From: Mytilus trossulus
Lineage: Eukaryota
Length of the DNA: 64,000 bases
NCBI RefSeq assembly: GCF_036588685.1
Contig: NC_086376.1
Coordinates: 32,178,001 to 32,242,000, forward strand
Direction: 5' to 3'
Part shown: in pieces, positions 35,191-47,671 of the stretch
Numbering within the stretch: position 1 is the first letter of the stretch
How the letters are laid out: each line of letters opens with the position of its first letter
Translations under genes and position numbers: made by a program
The notes under the pieces: generated by a model
The model's database searches: none
Told to the model about the DNA's origin: nothing
The model's input: the letters and a program-made list of their open reading frames with translations, nothing else

Positions 35191-36180
35191 ACATGTATTG
35201 CAAAAACTAAAACTAATTATTTCAAATCTAAAATAAATCAGATAATTATTCTCCTTAAGGCTCAAGACATTGTAAATGTTTTAAATGTATTAAAATAAAT
35301 AATAAATGTTTAATAAAAAAAAAAAAATGAATGTTTAATAAAAGATATATGTAAATTCATGAACTTTCTGTACTTTATTGACAAAAAATAAATAGGTACT
35401 GTATTAAGGCGCATGAATCCATCAATTTTGAAAATTTTTAAATTTCTGAAAAAAATGATTAAAGAATAATGCACCTTGTTGAAGTTAATGGATTTATAGT
35501 AGAATACCACACGAGTCTTTGGTAACATTTTAAAGGCACTTTCTGCCTTTTAATTCTGATGCAGCTGGTTCAAGTAAATATGTTGAATAAATAACAAATA
35601 TTTTCTGGTTGACTAAATGTTGAAAAAACCTTAAAAACAGTTGTTTACCATAAAGTTGTGTAACTCCTTGATTAAAGATTGTAAAGCATATTATATAATA
35701 TTATTTCTTCCAGGGTCTTGATTACCTGTTGGCATGAAGATGAGTGAAAAAATTCCGTATCACTATGTTATAACATTCTTTGGTTGTTATCGAGATTTTA
35801 AAAGCCATCATATAAATCTTTGGATGGGATTCACTTGGGTTCCAGACTCAGCAAAATATAATTATTTGTTTCTTGAGCATTGAAGATTGCATATGAAATT
35901 TTTATGCCTGTTTTAGAAACAAATCAATAATGAAATGCAACAGTTAAAATTTGAACAATTTTAATAAAATTTTAAATCTCCCCAGAAACTTTCTTTTTAA
36001 AGTCTTAGATAAATTAAAAAAAACACCCTCAAATTAATTATAAGTTTAGAATAAATCGGTATTTTCATACAGAGAGTCTCTTGACAGTTACACACCATAT
36101 TGATAATTTCATACTTGTAACAACTTTTTAACATGACTTGTAATAATTTTACTATGCACATTTTTTATGATCTGTTATGG

Positions 36181-36230
36181 CATCTTTGCTAGCCCTGGGA
36201 GTGGATCGTAACCCTTGGCTAGCGAAGATG
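36181..36230. mobile_element. 50-bp TIR element with 9-bp TSD
   Basis: TIR catctttgctagcc / ggctagcgaagatg; flanks ctgttatgg / cggttatgg (1 mismatch). Confidence 0.7.
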
Positions 36231-36779
36231 CGGTTATGGTAGCAGTTATAATGAGTATCAATAGTTGACTGTTACAAAATTTATAATATCTCAGCAATTA
36301 GCTGCATCAATTATATATAATTCATGTATAACAATATAAGAATAGCCACTATTTTTGTCACAATATTAACACATTCTGATGTATTGTATACCAATAATAG
36401 AAAAGAAGTAGCAGAGATATAAAAATAAACATTAATTAGTAGACAACCATTATATCCATACAGTATTAAAAATAGAAAAAATTGTATCATATCTGTAATA
36501 AATCGATTTTGAAGCCAAACCAGAATGCTACCTAAAACTTTATCAAGTGCACCTTAGTACACTCCTGGTTTACTGTGGAGTTTATTTTCCTAAGTTTTAT
36601 TTATTTTTGTGTGTAAAGATTTTTTGATTTATTGTTAACAATTAGGCAAGGGAATCTGCACCGCAGATCCTATTTTTCCCATTTCTCAATTAAAAAAACT
36701 GTGAAATTCATGCTTTTTAATTCCCAACAACCCTAACAAATACAGATCCCTGAAATATAAATAGAGAATATCATGTCTT

Positions 36780-37040
36780 TTTCAATGTCACATCTGTATC
36801 AACTCGATACACCAATTTTTCGGTAATTCTTATATTTTCACTGTATTGGCTGTATCACTGAAATTATTAGGCAATACATTGTGTGACGTCATAATTACCA
36901 ATAAACAGAATAATTGGTAGTTTCGTTTTTGATACTGACTATATCATGTGGAATATCTTAACTCGCCCTAACAGGCTCGTCTAGATATTCCACTTGATAT
37001 AGTCAGTATCGAAAACGAAACTACCTATTATTCTGTTTAT
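36780..37040 (-). mobile_element. Hairpin-headed element, reverse orientation
   Basis: ~58-bp arms at 36901-36959 and 36982-37040 around a GC-rich apex ctcgcc-ctaaca-ggctcg; TGACGTCA at 36884; ATTGG at 36845. Confidence 0.65.
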
Positions 37041-38504
37041 AATCTGAACAGCTATGCTTTAGGGATTGTATATTTTTAAATTGCTAAATTTTTAATTTAT
37101 TTTCATGGATTCTTGTTCCTGTTTTTGAAACTTGTGAAGATAGAGTGGCTATTGTATTCAATGCATTTGAATGTGGAAATATAGTTGGAACTCCACCCCT
37201 TTCCCCTTCATCTGCCCCTGTTGCACATATTATCAAGATTTTCTTTTCTTCAAATTTATTGCACATGATCAGATAAGGAAGTAAAAATGCATCTATTATT
37301 CTTACAGTGTTATAGTGGTTGCCACGTTACCTTGGCATTCATCATCTCTTAGTCTTCCATCATCTTTTTCAATGACAATTTTTATCATGTTTTTGTTTTT
37401 AGTTTTAATAATCATGAAAACCATAAAAGATAGAGAGACATCGTTATTATTACCAAAAATGATCACTATAGTAACATCTACAATTAAATAAACATATTTT
37501 CATTAATTAATAGCACTTTTACATTCTAAAGGGATTACTTTAATATCATTTTATGAGTTAATTCTTTTGTTGTAATCTGGTACTATAAATGCTCAAAAGT
37601 GTGAAATATGTTGTTATTAGAAATATGAAACACATTATTAAGAAGCTGTGACTACAATCATTTTGAAAGAAACAACATGCATTTGGCCTAAGTTAATAGA
37701 AAGAAATAATATGTCATCTTACTAAAAAGCAAAATCAAGCCAACTTGTAATTGACATGTTAGTAATGTTGGAGATAAATTTTCTCTGCTGTTTTTATAGA
37801 CAAGGCAACAGAGTATGAAAACTGTCAAAGCCATCATCGTTTATAATTAGAACATTAAAGATTTTTGAAAATGACTTTTATTTTTGTAGAGACAGGCAAT
37901 CCTTATTGAAATGTTGTTTAAGGGTTATTAAAAAGTTCTGATTTTATAATATATAATTGGATTACATGCATGTGTAGAAAAAGAAAGACATTTAATTTGT
38001 AATGTAAGCATCAAATGATAAATTAGATTAAAGATGTTTTGTACATTTAATGGAATTTCATGAAACTTTATTTTGATGTTTTTGACTTTGTAAATAAAAT
38101 TATGATTTAGTTTTGTGAAGTACATTTTGAAGGGAAAACAAACATGTCATGGTTTGGTGGGTTTCTCAATATCATATATTAAATTCAAAATTTCCTATTT
38201 AAAATTGTCTAAACTAAAATAAAATGAAGTAACGATATCCAAATTTGTGTCTTCCAGATAAGGGTTATTTTAGCAAGTCTTCATAGAAGGAACAATTACA
38301 CAGATCTGTATAGTTCAAAATGTTCAATATGCAATCTAAAACTAAAACTGTATGGAAGTAAAAAGGAAAGTATTTAACAGTTTGAAATTGACTTCTAAAT
38401 GAAATTGTGCACAAATGACATATTAACTTAAGCATTGCATTTGCAGTTATTTCAATTTTGAGAATCTCTCAGCTCTATGATCTGATTGAGTTATTTCACT
38501 TTAG

Positions 38505-38830
38505 GATAAGAAAACCTCATAAGGAACATTCATGTCATGTTAAATAAATTGTTTGTTTCATTTCATTCAGTGGTTCTCTAAAAGAAGACATTTGTATTAT
38601 GGTCCTATGTTATATGAAGTCCTCAACTGGTGGCCATCTTGGATGATGGATCTGCTACAAAGTAACAACACTTGGTCAGCACCTCATAAGGAATTATTGA
38701 TGCAATGTTTGGTGCCATTTAATTCAGAGTTTGTCTAGAAGAAGTTCAAATTGTAAAAAGGACCCAAAAGAGAGTATGGACAGTGACTGACTCAAAGCAA
38801 TTAGAAAAAGCTCAGTTGACCTTTTATGCT
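38505..38830 (-). mobile_element. HINE-like fragment related to the 166-bp core at 11420-12393
   Basis: gctacaaagtaacaacacttggtcagcacctcataaggaa is the reverse complement of the core. Confidence 0.7.
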
Positions 38831-39886
38831 TAAGCTTAAAAAAAAATTGGGAGTTTGAGATGCAAGTCTAGAAAAAGAATATAGTTTTTGGGAATTTTGT
38901 TTTATGCATGGCCTTTATAGGTACAAACAAGTAATAGTACATGTAGTACAAATGATAAGTCTGTACAAGCATAAACTGTTTGTTGTTTGTTGGAAATATT
39001 CAAACTGATCCCCATTATCAAAGTGTCGAACCAAAATCCTATTTGTCAGGAAGAGGCGCAACAAACAACGTATTGTTTATACCTGATAAAAGACTAAATA
39101 TTAAACGATAAACTCTAGTCATCATTTAATAACTTAATGATAAGATTATTTGGGTGATAATAATTTAATAAGGTCTTGGTTTGAATTGATTGGTTACGAT
39201 GGGTTCATTAGAGGATAAATAGCAAAATGAGGGTGATATCTTGGTCTTTGACGTGGGCAAAAAACGTGAAAGATGAAATGATTAAAAACTTTGGAAACTG
39301 TTTTAAATAGAAGTGCTGATCATTTTAAAAAACCATTAATTACGACATTGATATAGATTTTTCTAAGATAAACATAAAAATTAATCAGAAAACAAAAACA
39401 ATGATCAATTAATTAGATTATTTATAGATATTGCATAATAGAAGACTAAATACCGAAAGATAAAAGTAGTTCATTTGGGTGGTTTAAAATTTGATAAGAT
39501 CTAAGTCTACTTATTCTAAAGCAAAAATAAAAGGTCTTAAACTAATTGGTATTGACATTACAGATGACATTGAAATAAATATAAAATGATAACCTGATGA
39601 TCAGTTAACTATAGATACATGTTATTATCTAATAGTAGACTATATCGAAAAGTAATCAGATACCCATCTGCTCAGCAGATCGGGGTGGTGGAAATTAAAT
39701 AAGGTCTAAAATAAACTTTACATGTGCCTGTCCCATGTTATGAGCCTTTTGTTGAGTGTGGCTTTGGTTCATGTCTGTCAGTTTTGTTTTTCATAGATTT
39801 TTTTGTTATGAATTAGGCTGTTTGTTATCCTGTTTGAGTTGTTTCACATTTTTCAAGTCTGACACATGCCTTTCATAGACGACTAT

Positions 39887-40043
39887 CGGTGGCGGATCCA
39901 GAAATTTACATAAGTGGGGGCCCACTGACTGACCTAAGAGGGGGCCCGCTCCAGTCACGCTTCAATGATTCCCTATATAAGCAACCAAATGTTTTCCAAA
40001 AAAGGTGGGGCCCAGGCCCCCTGCCCCCCTAAATCCGCCACTG
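39887..40043. mobile_element. GC-rich MITE with 5-bp TSD, nested in a family A copy (39720-40160)
   Basis: TIR cggtggcggat / atccgccactg; ACTAT at 39882-39886 and 40044-40048. Confidence 0.85.
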
Positions 40044-41040
40044 ACTATATGATATGAGTTTCACTTATTGTTGAGGCCAGTAAAGAGGCTTATAATTGCT
40101 AACATTCACTTCATATGAATTTCCGGGGATAGCTAAGTTGTCTTATTGACCATCATAGTCCACATCTCCTTATTTTCTATATGTTGGTTCAAAATAGGAT
40201 ACTAGATGAAGAAGGAGCGCTAAACACTCTGTTCTAATGTAAGAGATTTATATAGTAAAATATAAGTAAACGGAGCGAAAATAGTGGCAGGAGTTCTGCA
40301 AAAAAAGAGACAAAGATACATATTTTTGACCTTACACCTAGCCAACAGAAAAAAAAAGTTATTAATTTAATAAGATCTGAAATAATGAGAGAAAAACATC
40401 AATTACCTGATTAGAAGTAATATAATAGCAGGATAATCATTTAATAAGGTATTGATTCAATGATCAGACTAAAATCTTATTATATCTTAGATATATTAAT
40501 CTATATACATGTATTATGTTATATCTATCAAAGGTGATATAATTGGTAAATGGAAATATGTCCTGATTTGGTTGGAATGATTTGATATTAAATTGATATT
40601 TGATCACTTTGTTGATTTGTGTAATTCATTGAAGATTAATTAAAATAACCTAAGACCTTGTTGTATGGGGTCTGTTTGGCAGACTTGTACACCACAGTAG
40701 CTTAGCATTATAGCCTCTGGACTAGATTTATGAACACCAAAAAATGTGGTATGATTGCCAATGAGAAAACTCTCCACAAGAGACCAAACGATAAAGAAGT
40801 TTTATTCAAGTTTACAACTACAGGTTACCATACAGCAATGGACAATGATCAAAAACTACTACCGCGTAGTAAGCTATAAACAGCTCTGACATATTGCATG
40901 TTTTGTTAATACTTAAATTATTATTATTATAGCACCTTTATAACCAAGGTGTAAAGATGCATTTCACCAGTTGTCTGATGTTTTGCAGGTCATTGCAAAT
41001 CTTATGAATTTGTAGTTTGGTGTCTGATAAACTTATTTAG

Positions 41041-41406
41041 AGAGCTGTGGTGTAGTGGTTAGCACATTTGACTATTAACACAAAGGTTACTGTTGTATCC
41101 CCTTTTTGGGGAGAAAATTTCAGGGACTGACTTTCAGCTCTCCCTTGACACCATTTGTGAGTTTGGTCTTAAGAAATGGTGATAGTTAGACCGAAATCTA
41201 CAATAAATGACTGACCTGTGTTAAGACAGAGCAAGTTCTCTAGCACTTAAAAGACACCTTTGTAGATTTCGAAAAAAGAGCAGGCTTATGCAGCTACAAG
41301 GTAGCACCGACATCCACAAAGTGGAACGGGATTAATATACATGTACCAGTAAGTTGTAATAACTTGTTTCCCAATCCAATAAATAATTATAAACTTAAAC
41401 TAAACT
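41041..41406 (+). mobile_element. tRNA-derived SINE with Deu/Nin-like central domain
   Basis: A-box TGGTGTAGTGG with a tRNA-like head and degenerate B-box; central gcacttaaaagacacc...ttcgaaaaaagagcagg resembles the Deu/Nin domain; (TAAAC)n-like tail. Confidence 0.65.
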
Positions 41407-41913
41407 CATGCATAGAAGTAGCTTCATTGTTAACTTCTTATTAGGTTGGTGTGTTTGATTAAAGGAACACAGATATAAAGTCATGAAAAATTATAATATA
41501 AAGATGTAAAGATCTTTGTGGCTAGTTGTCTGACATTTTGTAAGCCATTGCTGATTTATCAAATTGGTCTTCTTGGACAATTGTTGTCTGATATCTCTTT
41601 TACAGTAGCTGCATGGATATAGATTCCTAATTATGTTGGCATGTTTTAAAAAAAAGAATGAAAAAGGAATTTGTACAAATTTGAAAAGATTTTGCAGCAG
41701 GGTGGAAATTGTTATAAATTCAAATTAGTGCTAAATAAAAGCAACATTGAACTGACTATTTCTTATTCTATATAAATGTACAGGATAATCGTATTTATGG
41801 TTTAAAATTGTGGGTATGTATTAAAATAATGAATAGCTGAGTGGAATGGAATTTACCCTATTTTTAGTAAAAGCATATATTTGTAGTTCAGTATTTTTTG
41901 CCTTGTTTTTCAG

Positions 41914-42001
41914 GTCAGTACGGTAGATTTCTTGTATACTAACAATGTGATATCTTCACCAGAAAAAGTACAAGCAATAGACAGCTGTCCATTCAAATAA
42001 G
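41914..42001 (+). other. Candidate 88-nt exon (probably non-coding)
   Basis: Long pyrimidine tract ttttttgccttgtttttcag| and donor AAG|gtaatt. Confidence 0.35.
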
Positions 42002-42711
42002 GTAATTGATGTTTTTTTTAGAATACCTGTATCCCCCCAAATTAAAAGATGAGTGAAAAATTTGATGAATTTTCTTTTAAAAAAAACAACTATATATATC
42101 ATTTAAAGTAATCTATACCCATCATAAAGTTTAGTGAACTGACCCCCTTTAGATGTTATATATGACTTGTAATTTTATCCTGATATTCACTTTCAGAGTA
42201 TTACTTGTGTCAGAAATAGATACCATTACTAAGTTTGATTTATAATAATCCTTGAAAATCACACATTCACCATTACATAGCGTTTTGCAATATGAATTAT
42301 GACATAGGATTTGGAAAGATTACCAAATATTTTCTTTTTGCAACTTGTAATTTATTATGGGTGTTTATAACCTTGTCACATTATTTACTTTTCAATACCA
42401 AATTTTAATGTAAAACTTATTCAATTTCTTTCAATTAATTGATGACTGTTCATTTAAAGACTCACGAACCCCCCTGTAGAGTTTGAATTATATTTTCTAT
42501 TTTTACCAAACTTAGATGGATTGTGCCCCTTTATAGGGAGAAAACTCTATGATATTAAGAGCAGTAGGTCAAAGATATTATTTAACAGCTGATTGTCTAG
42601 TTTGTCTCATGGCATAAATCAGCTTTCTTGTCTATCGTGTAAACTGTGAGAAGTCATGACTTTATTTCCTAGAGTTTTTAACTGTTTTCTGCTCCTCATC
42701 ATTTTTAAAAT

Positions 42712-43012
42712 AGATATAAGAAGATGTAGTATGAGTGCCAACGAGACAACTCTCCATCCAAGTAATGATTTATATAAAAAAAAAATAAGCCATTATAGGT
42801 CAAAGAACGGTCTTCAACATAGAGCCTTGGCCCAAACCAAACAGCAAGCTATAAAGGGCCTCAAAAATACTAGTGTAAAACCATTCAAACTGGAATACCA
42901 ACGGTCTAATCTATATAAAAAATGAGAAGCAAAAAACACTTATGAACAACATTAACAAATGACAACTACTGAACATCATGTTCCTGACTAAGGACAGATG
43001 CAAACAATTGCA
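42712..43012 (-). mobile_element. Family A copy (reverse)
   Basis: ataagaagatgtagtatgagtgccaacgagacaactctcc... is the reverse complement of the family A end; most similar to the copy at 10992-11183. Confidence 0.75.
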
Positions 43013-43428
43013 GTGTTTATAAAAGCATTTATATGTAAAAGCAAAGATTGTTTAGCTTTGAGTATGAGTAATGTGTTTGTGTCAATATAACCTCATCCTG
43101 TAAGATAGCAAGTTCAAAATTTGGCCTTATATGTTTGAAAGTATGGTCACCAGAGTACAAGACTATTATGTTTTTTTTTTGGTCCATGTCATAGTAGCCA
43201 TCTGAAAATGGCTTATTAAATACTACATTTTTGTGTATTTTGCAGGAACTTCTTTTACCTTATAATTAGCTTTTTGGTATTTGATCTGTTTGCAGTTTCA
43301 GTGTGATAGGTACCATATGATCTTTCATTTATTACTTCTTACCTTAAAATGAAATGAGTTTTAACTTGTTCATAATTTAATATTACTTAACGTATCTATT
43401 TCAATAATTCTTGCAGATTTTCAATACC

Positions 43429-43974
43429 GTATATGGTGACAAGTCTTGTATATGGTGATAAGTCTTGCATGTGGTGACAAGTCTTGCATATGGTGACAAG
43501 TCTTGCATATGGTGATAAGTCTTGCATATGGTGACAAGTCTTGCATATGGTGATAAGTCTTGTATATGGTGATAAGTCTTGTATATGGTGATAAGTCTTG
43601 CATATGGTGATAAGTCTTGTATATGGTGACAAGTCTTGCATATGGTGATAAGTCTTGCATGTGGTGACAAGTCTTGCATATGGTGACAAGTCTTGCATAT
43701 GGTGACAAGTCTTGCATATGGTGACAAGTCTTGCATATGGTGATAAGTCTTGCATATGGTGATAAGTCTTGTATATGGTGATAAGTCTTGTATATGGTGA
43801 TAAGTCTTGCATATGGTGATAAGTCTTGTATATGGTGATAAGTCTTGTATATGGTGATAAGTCTTGTATATGGTGATAAGTCTTGTATATGGTGATAAGT
43901 CTTGCATATGGTGATAAGTCTTGTATATGGTGATAAGTCTTGTATATGGTGATAAGTCTTGTATATGGTGATAA
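43429..43974. repeat. 19-bp minisatellite, ~28 copies
   Basis: atatggtga(t/c)aagtcttg(c/t). Confidence 0.97.
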
Positions 43975-45790
43975 TAGAGGTATGTACCTAACTATGTACT
44001 TGCGATTTTGTCTGATTAAGCATATATATATCTTGGGAGACTTTAGTTTTTCTTAGTTTTCCAATATTTCTTGAAAAAATAGCAATCAGTTTTCTTTCTA
44101 GCATTCAAATGAAAATTCCCAATGATAATTTTTTTAAAGTTCCTCTTGAAAACCAACCTGCTGACTTTGGCATTCTTTCAGTGACTTGAAAATTATTGGG
44201 ATTGGGTATTATATATATAAAAAAAATGAACATAAAGCTACATTCAGAAATGACAGAATGAAAAGGCTAGAAGATTGTTAAAAGGACATATATACTTAGA
44301 AATTAAAATCTGTTTGTTGTAGACTTTATTTAAGACTGAATTTAATACCATGTCAAAAAATGATCAGACTTTAACATTAAAGTTTAGTATGCTATAGAAT
44401 ATTGCCCTTTATAGGAAGGAAAATATAATGACAGTTATTGGTAACATATGTATGTAAATATCTTTATAGACATTTAAATGTATTTAAGTTCTCGCTTACT
44501 TAAGAAAGATGATCAACAAAATAGATAAAATTGGGTATAATTATAGTTTCAAATGTACGTCAATCATAAAAAACCTGTAAAATGACTTATTATCATCATT
44601 AACACTTTGAAGGGGCCCTTGGTAAAATATTTTTTTAAATGAGAAGGTAATATCTCGAGCATTCAGTCTCTTTTCACTAGTAAAAGACAAAAATGTTCCC
44701 TCAAAAGTATAAAAATAAAAGGGATAAGACCTAAATTTGTGGGGAAAAAGTTGTCAAGAAACGACCATTAAATGCATGTTCTTAATTAACTACTCAAAAT
44801 TGAAAAAGGTATATATTTGCTAATTTATCACTTTCATAATATAGTTCTAATCATTTCTGTCACAACTTTACAAATTCACTGGAGTTTTGAAATTTTCTTC
44901 AATGTTTTCAAGGGCCAAACCTATTTGCAAGGTGTTATTTCAGTGTAAAATTTTGTCAAAAATCTATTTTACCTAAGAAAATAGTTTCCTTACTACTGTA
45001 TCATAATCAAGAAGTTAGGAGAATATTATTTGTCAAAGTTTCAGTATGAATATTTTTTATAGAGGTCAACCAATTCAGCTGAATATCACATTCCAAAATA
45101 AATTTTACATAAGATTTAACCTTTATTGTACCTCAAAGAAAGGAAGAATATCAATGTTATTCAGGGACAAATGAATAGCTTTTTTTTGTATAGACTAGAA
45201 TAACTGTGATTATTTAACTATCATTTTAAAAATTTTTAAAGGCATGATTTATGTGAATAAAATTTATGAGATGTATATATTTTCTGACGATTTTTCATTT
45301 TATTTTGTGCATTGTTCAAGGTTGCATTTCCATCATAAAAGGGATAATAAAATGCATATTTATGTTCACTTTTATGATGATGTAGAAAGAAGGTACTACA
45401 AACACTAATGGTTTATTTTGTGAACAAAATGGAAGTTTGAGGGTCGAGACTTTCCGTTAAGCAATATTAGTTTAGGATGTGGTTACTTTACGAAACCAAA
45501 ATTAACGATTTCTCATGATTATTATTATGCAGTTATAATTATTTCCTTTAGATATATCAATAAGTATTATATCCTTTTTAATGTAAGTGATTTCACATGC
45601 AGGACTAAAAATAGTAATGATTTTGAAAATTAATGAGGATGTACAATTAAGGTGGAAAAAGGGTGGGGATTAATAATAATATTTTGAAATTTAATGGTGA
45701 CATAATATGTAATATTTATGTGGAGAATAAATTTTCTTCAAATCTAATATACCAATTTATGTTTGTCACAGATCGTGAAATATTCAAATA

Positions 45791-45996
45791 CTGTAAATTC
45801 AGAAATTAATGCGAGGTTTTTATTATTGCGAAAAATGCGACAGAGTTGTAAACGCAATAATTTAAACTCGCATTTTTAAATGTTTTATATGAACTAAACA
45901 GGATTTTTCTCAAAATCGTAAAAATAAAAATCGCATTTCGGTCTAAAATGACAAAATCGCAATAATAAATACACGCAATAATTTCTGAATTTACAG
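45791..45996. mobile_element. TA-flanked MITE, 206 bp
   Basis: TIR CTGTAAATTCAGAAATTA(A)TGCG / CGCAATAATTTCTGAATTTACAG; TA on both sides. Confidence 0.85.
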
Positions 45997-46427
45997 TATG
46001 AAAATAATCAGACACAAATGATTTATTAAAAAATTGGTTCTTTTGTGAGCTTTTCATTTTTTTTTTTATCATTGATGCAGTCAAAAGGTGGATGTTTGAG
46101 TATCTAAAAAAAATGTTGACTCCATGTTGACCAAGATGTTTCACTGTTGTTTTTGATTTGCTGACTAATTGGATAGAATCATGAATGAAAGATTGAAAGT
46201 CACGACTTTTTCAGTACAAAAATTTGATTTTAATTTATATAAATGGAAGGCCACTCTAAAAAGTACCTAAACTGTCAGAATCAATTTATAAGATTTTTGT
46301 AAAGAAAACAGTTAAACCCATACTTGAATCCTTATTTTTACTAAAGGAATGACCCACACAACCCTCTCCCCCCTCAACTTTGTTGCAGGATCTTTTCTTG
46401 TGCTATGTAAATTGTTGACTCAGTGTG

Positions 46428-46568
46428 CAGGGGTGGATTCAGTCATTTTAAAATGGGGGGTTTCCAACCAAGGATAAAGGAGGGGTGTTCTAACTATATG
46501 TCCCCATTCAAATGCATTGATCATTAAGATAAAAAAGCAGGGTTCCCCTCTCCTTGGATCCACCGCTA
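46428..46568. mobile_element. GC-rich MITE, same style as 39887-40043
   Basis: caggggtggattc ... gatccaccgcta; internal G- and C-runs; TSD decayed. Confidence 0.6.
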
Positions 46569-47357
46569 ATGTTCAAAATTGATTATCAGAAGTTATTGTA
46601 TGCAGTTGTTCAAATGTTACAATTTAACAGAATGTCACAACAGTTTTAGGCTTTGCCTGAAGTGCAGTCATTATTTTGACAGTCAAACCATTAAGAGTGC
46701 ACTGCATTTTTCATATAAATGTACTATAAATTACATAAACAAAAGCAGTTTTAACAAGGTCATTAAGTGACCTTTCATTGTAAATTGTAGGTCTTCCAAG
46801 TACAGTTTACATTAAAATTCAAATTAAAAACAAACAAACTTAATATAAATAGGAAATTGACATGGAAAGATGCATAAAACTGCAGTTGAATCATAAAACC
46901 TGTATTGATGGGAGTAAATGTTACAATAAGGCTTTTAATGGGGAGGTAGTGTGCCAAAGTACATTATACTCTGACACAACTTATTAAGGGAAACCACAGA
47001 AGTGTAAAGAAGATGTATAGGTAGTATAAGTTTTTATTTCAAATTTACAGATTTAGAGATTATGTTTTTTTTTAAATTTGCATAATATATATTTGCAATT
47101 TAATCTTACATTATTCAACCCCTTCTGGCTAATTCCATGGATTTTATTACAAACAAAAAAAAAGAAATACCTAGCACTTTTACTTTCAATGTTTTAAGAA
47201 GTCATCTCGAATGTACTTTTACACAGTTATAAAACATATATATTGTCACTGGAACCGGCCAGCAGCCATCAATGATTATATATAAAGTTGAAATATTCAT
47301 TTCAAATTGAACATACATTGATAGAACTTCTTTCTTACACACAAAAAAAGCAACTAA

Positions 47358-47671
47358 GAGGCTATTATTTAAACTTGGAATTAATTTTTAATATGCTGGA
47401 AATTTTTTGATAAATTCAATGATGATTTGGTATAATAATGTTTTGAGAGGTTCATAACACTTTCCATATAATGTATTTTGTATAGATAGTGTTGTGCGCA
47501 CCACAGTACATTCTATTGAAAATGTACTATCTTGTTTTGTAAAAGAAAGTGTTCTGCGCAGCACAGACCATTGACGTACAGAATAAACATGGAATTTATT
47601 AGAAATTTCTAACACAAGAAATTATGAAAATTCCATTGTTAATAATAATTCCAAGTTGAAATAATAGCCTG
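47358..47671. mobile_element. Foldback/MITE with ~30-bp TIRs
   Basis: aggctattattttaaacttggaatta / taattccaagttgaaataatagcct; internal direct repeat gtt(g/c)tgcgca(c/g)cacag. Confidence 0.65.

Noticed and set aside
41041-41115. Possible tRNA gene
   Set aside because: The T-arm/B-box is corrupted and the sequence continues into a SINE body and tail.
43396-43907. Three overlapping minus-strand ORFs with MQDLSPY repeats
   Set aside because: Translation artefact of a stop-free 19-bp minisatellite read in all frames.
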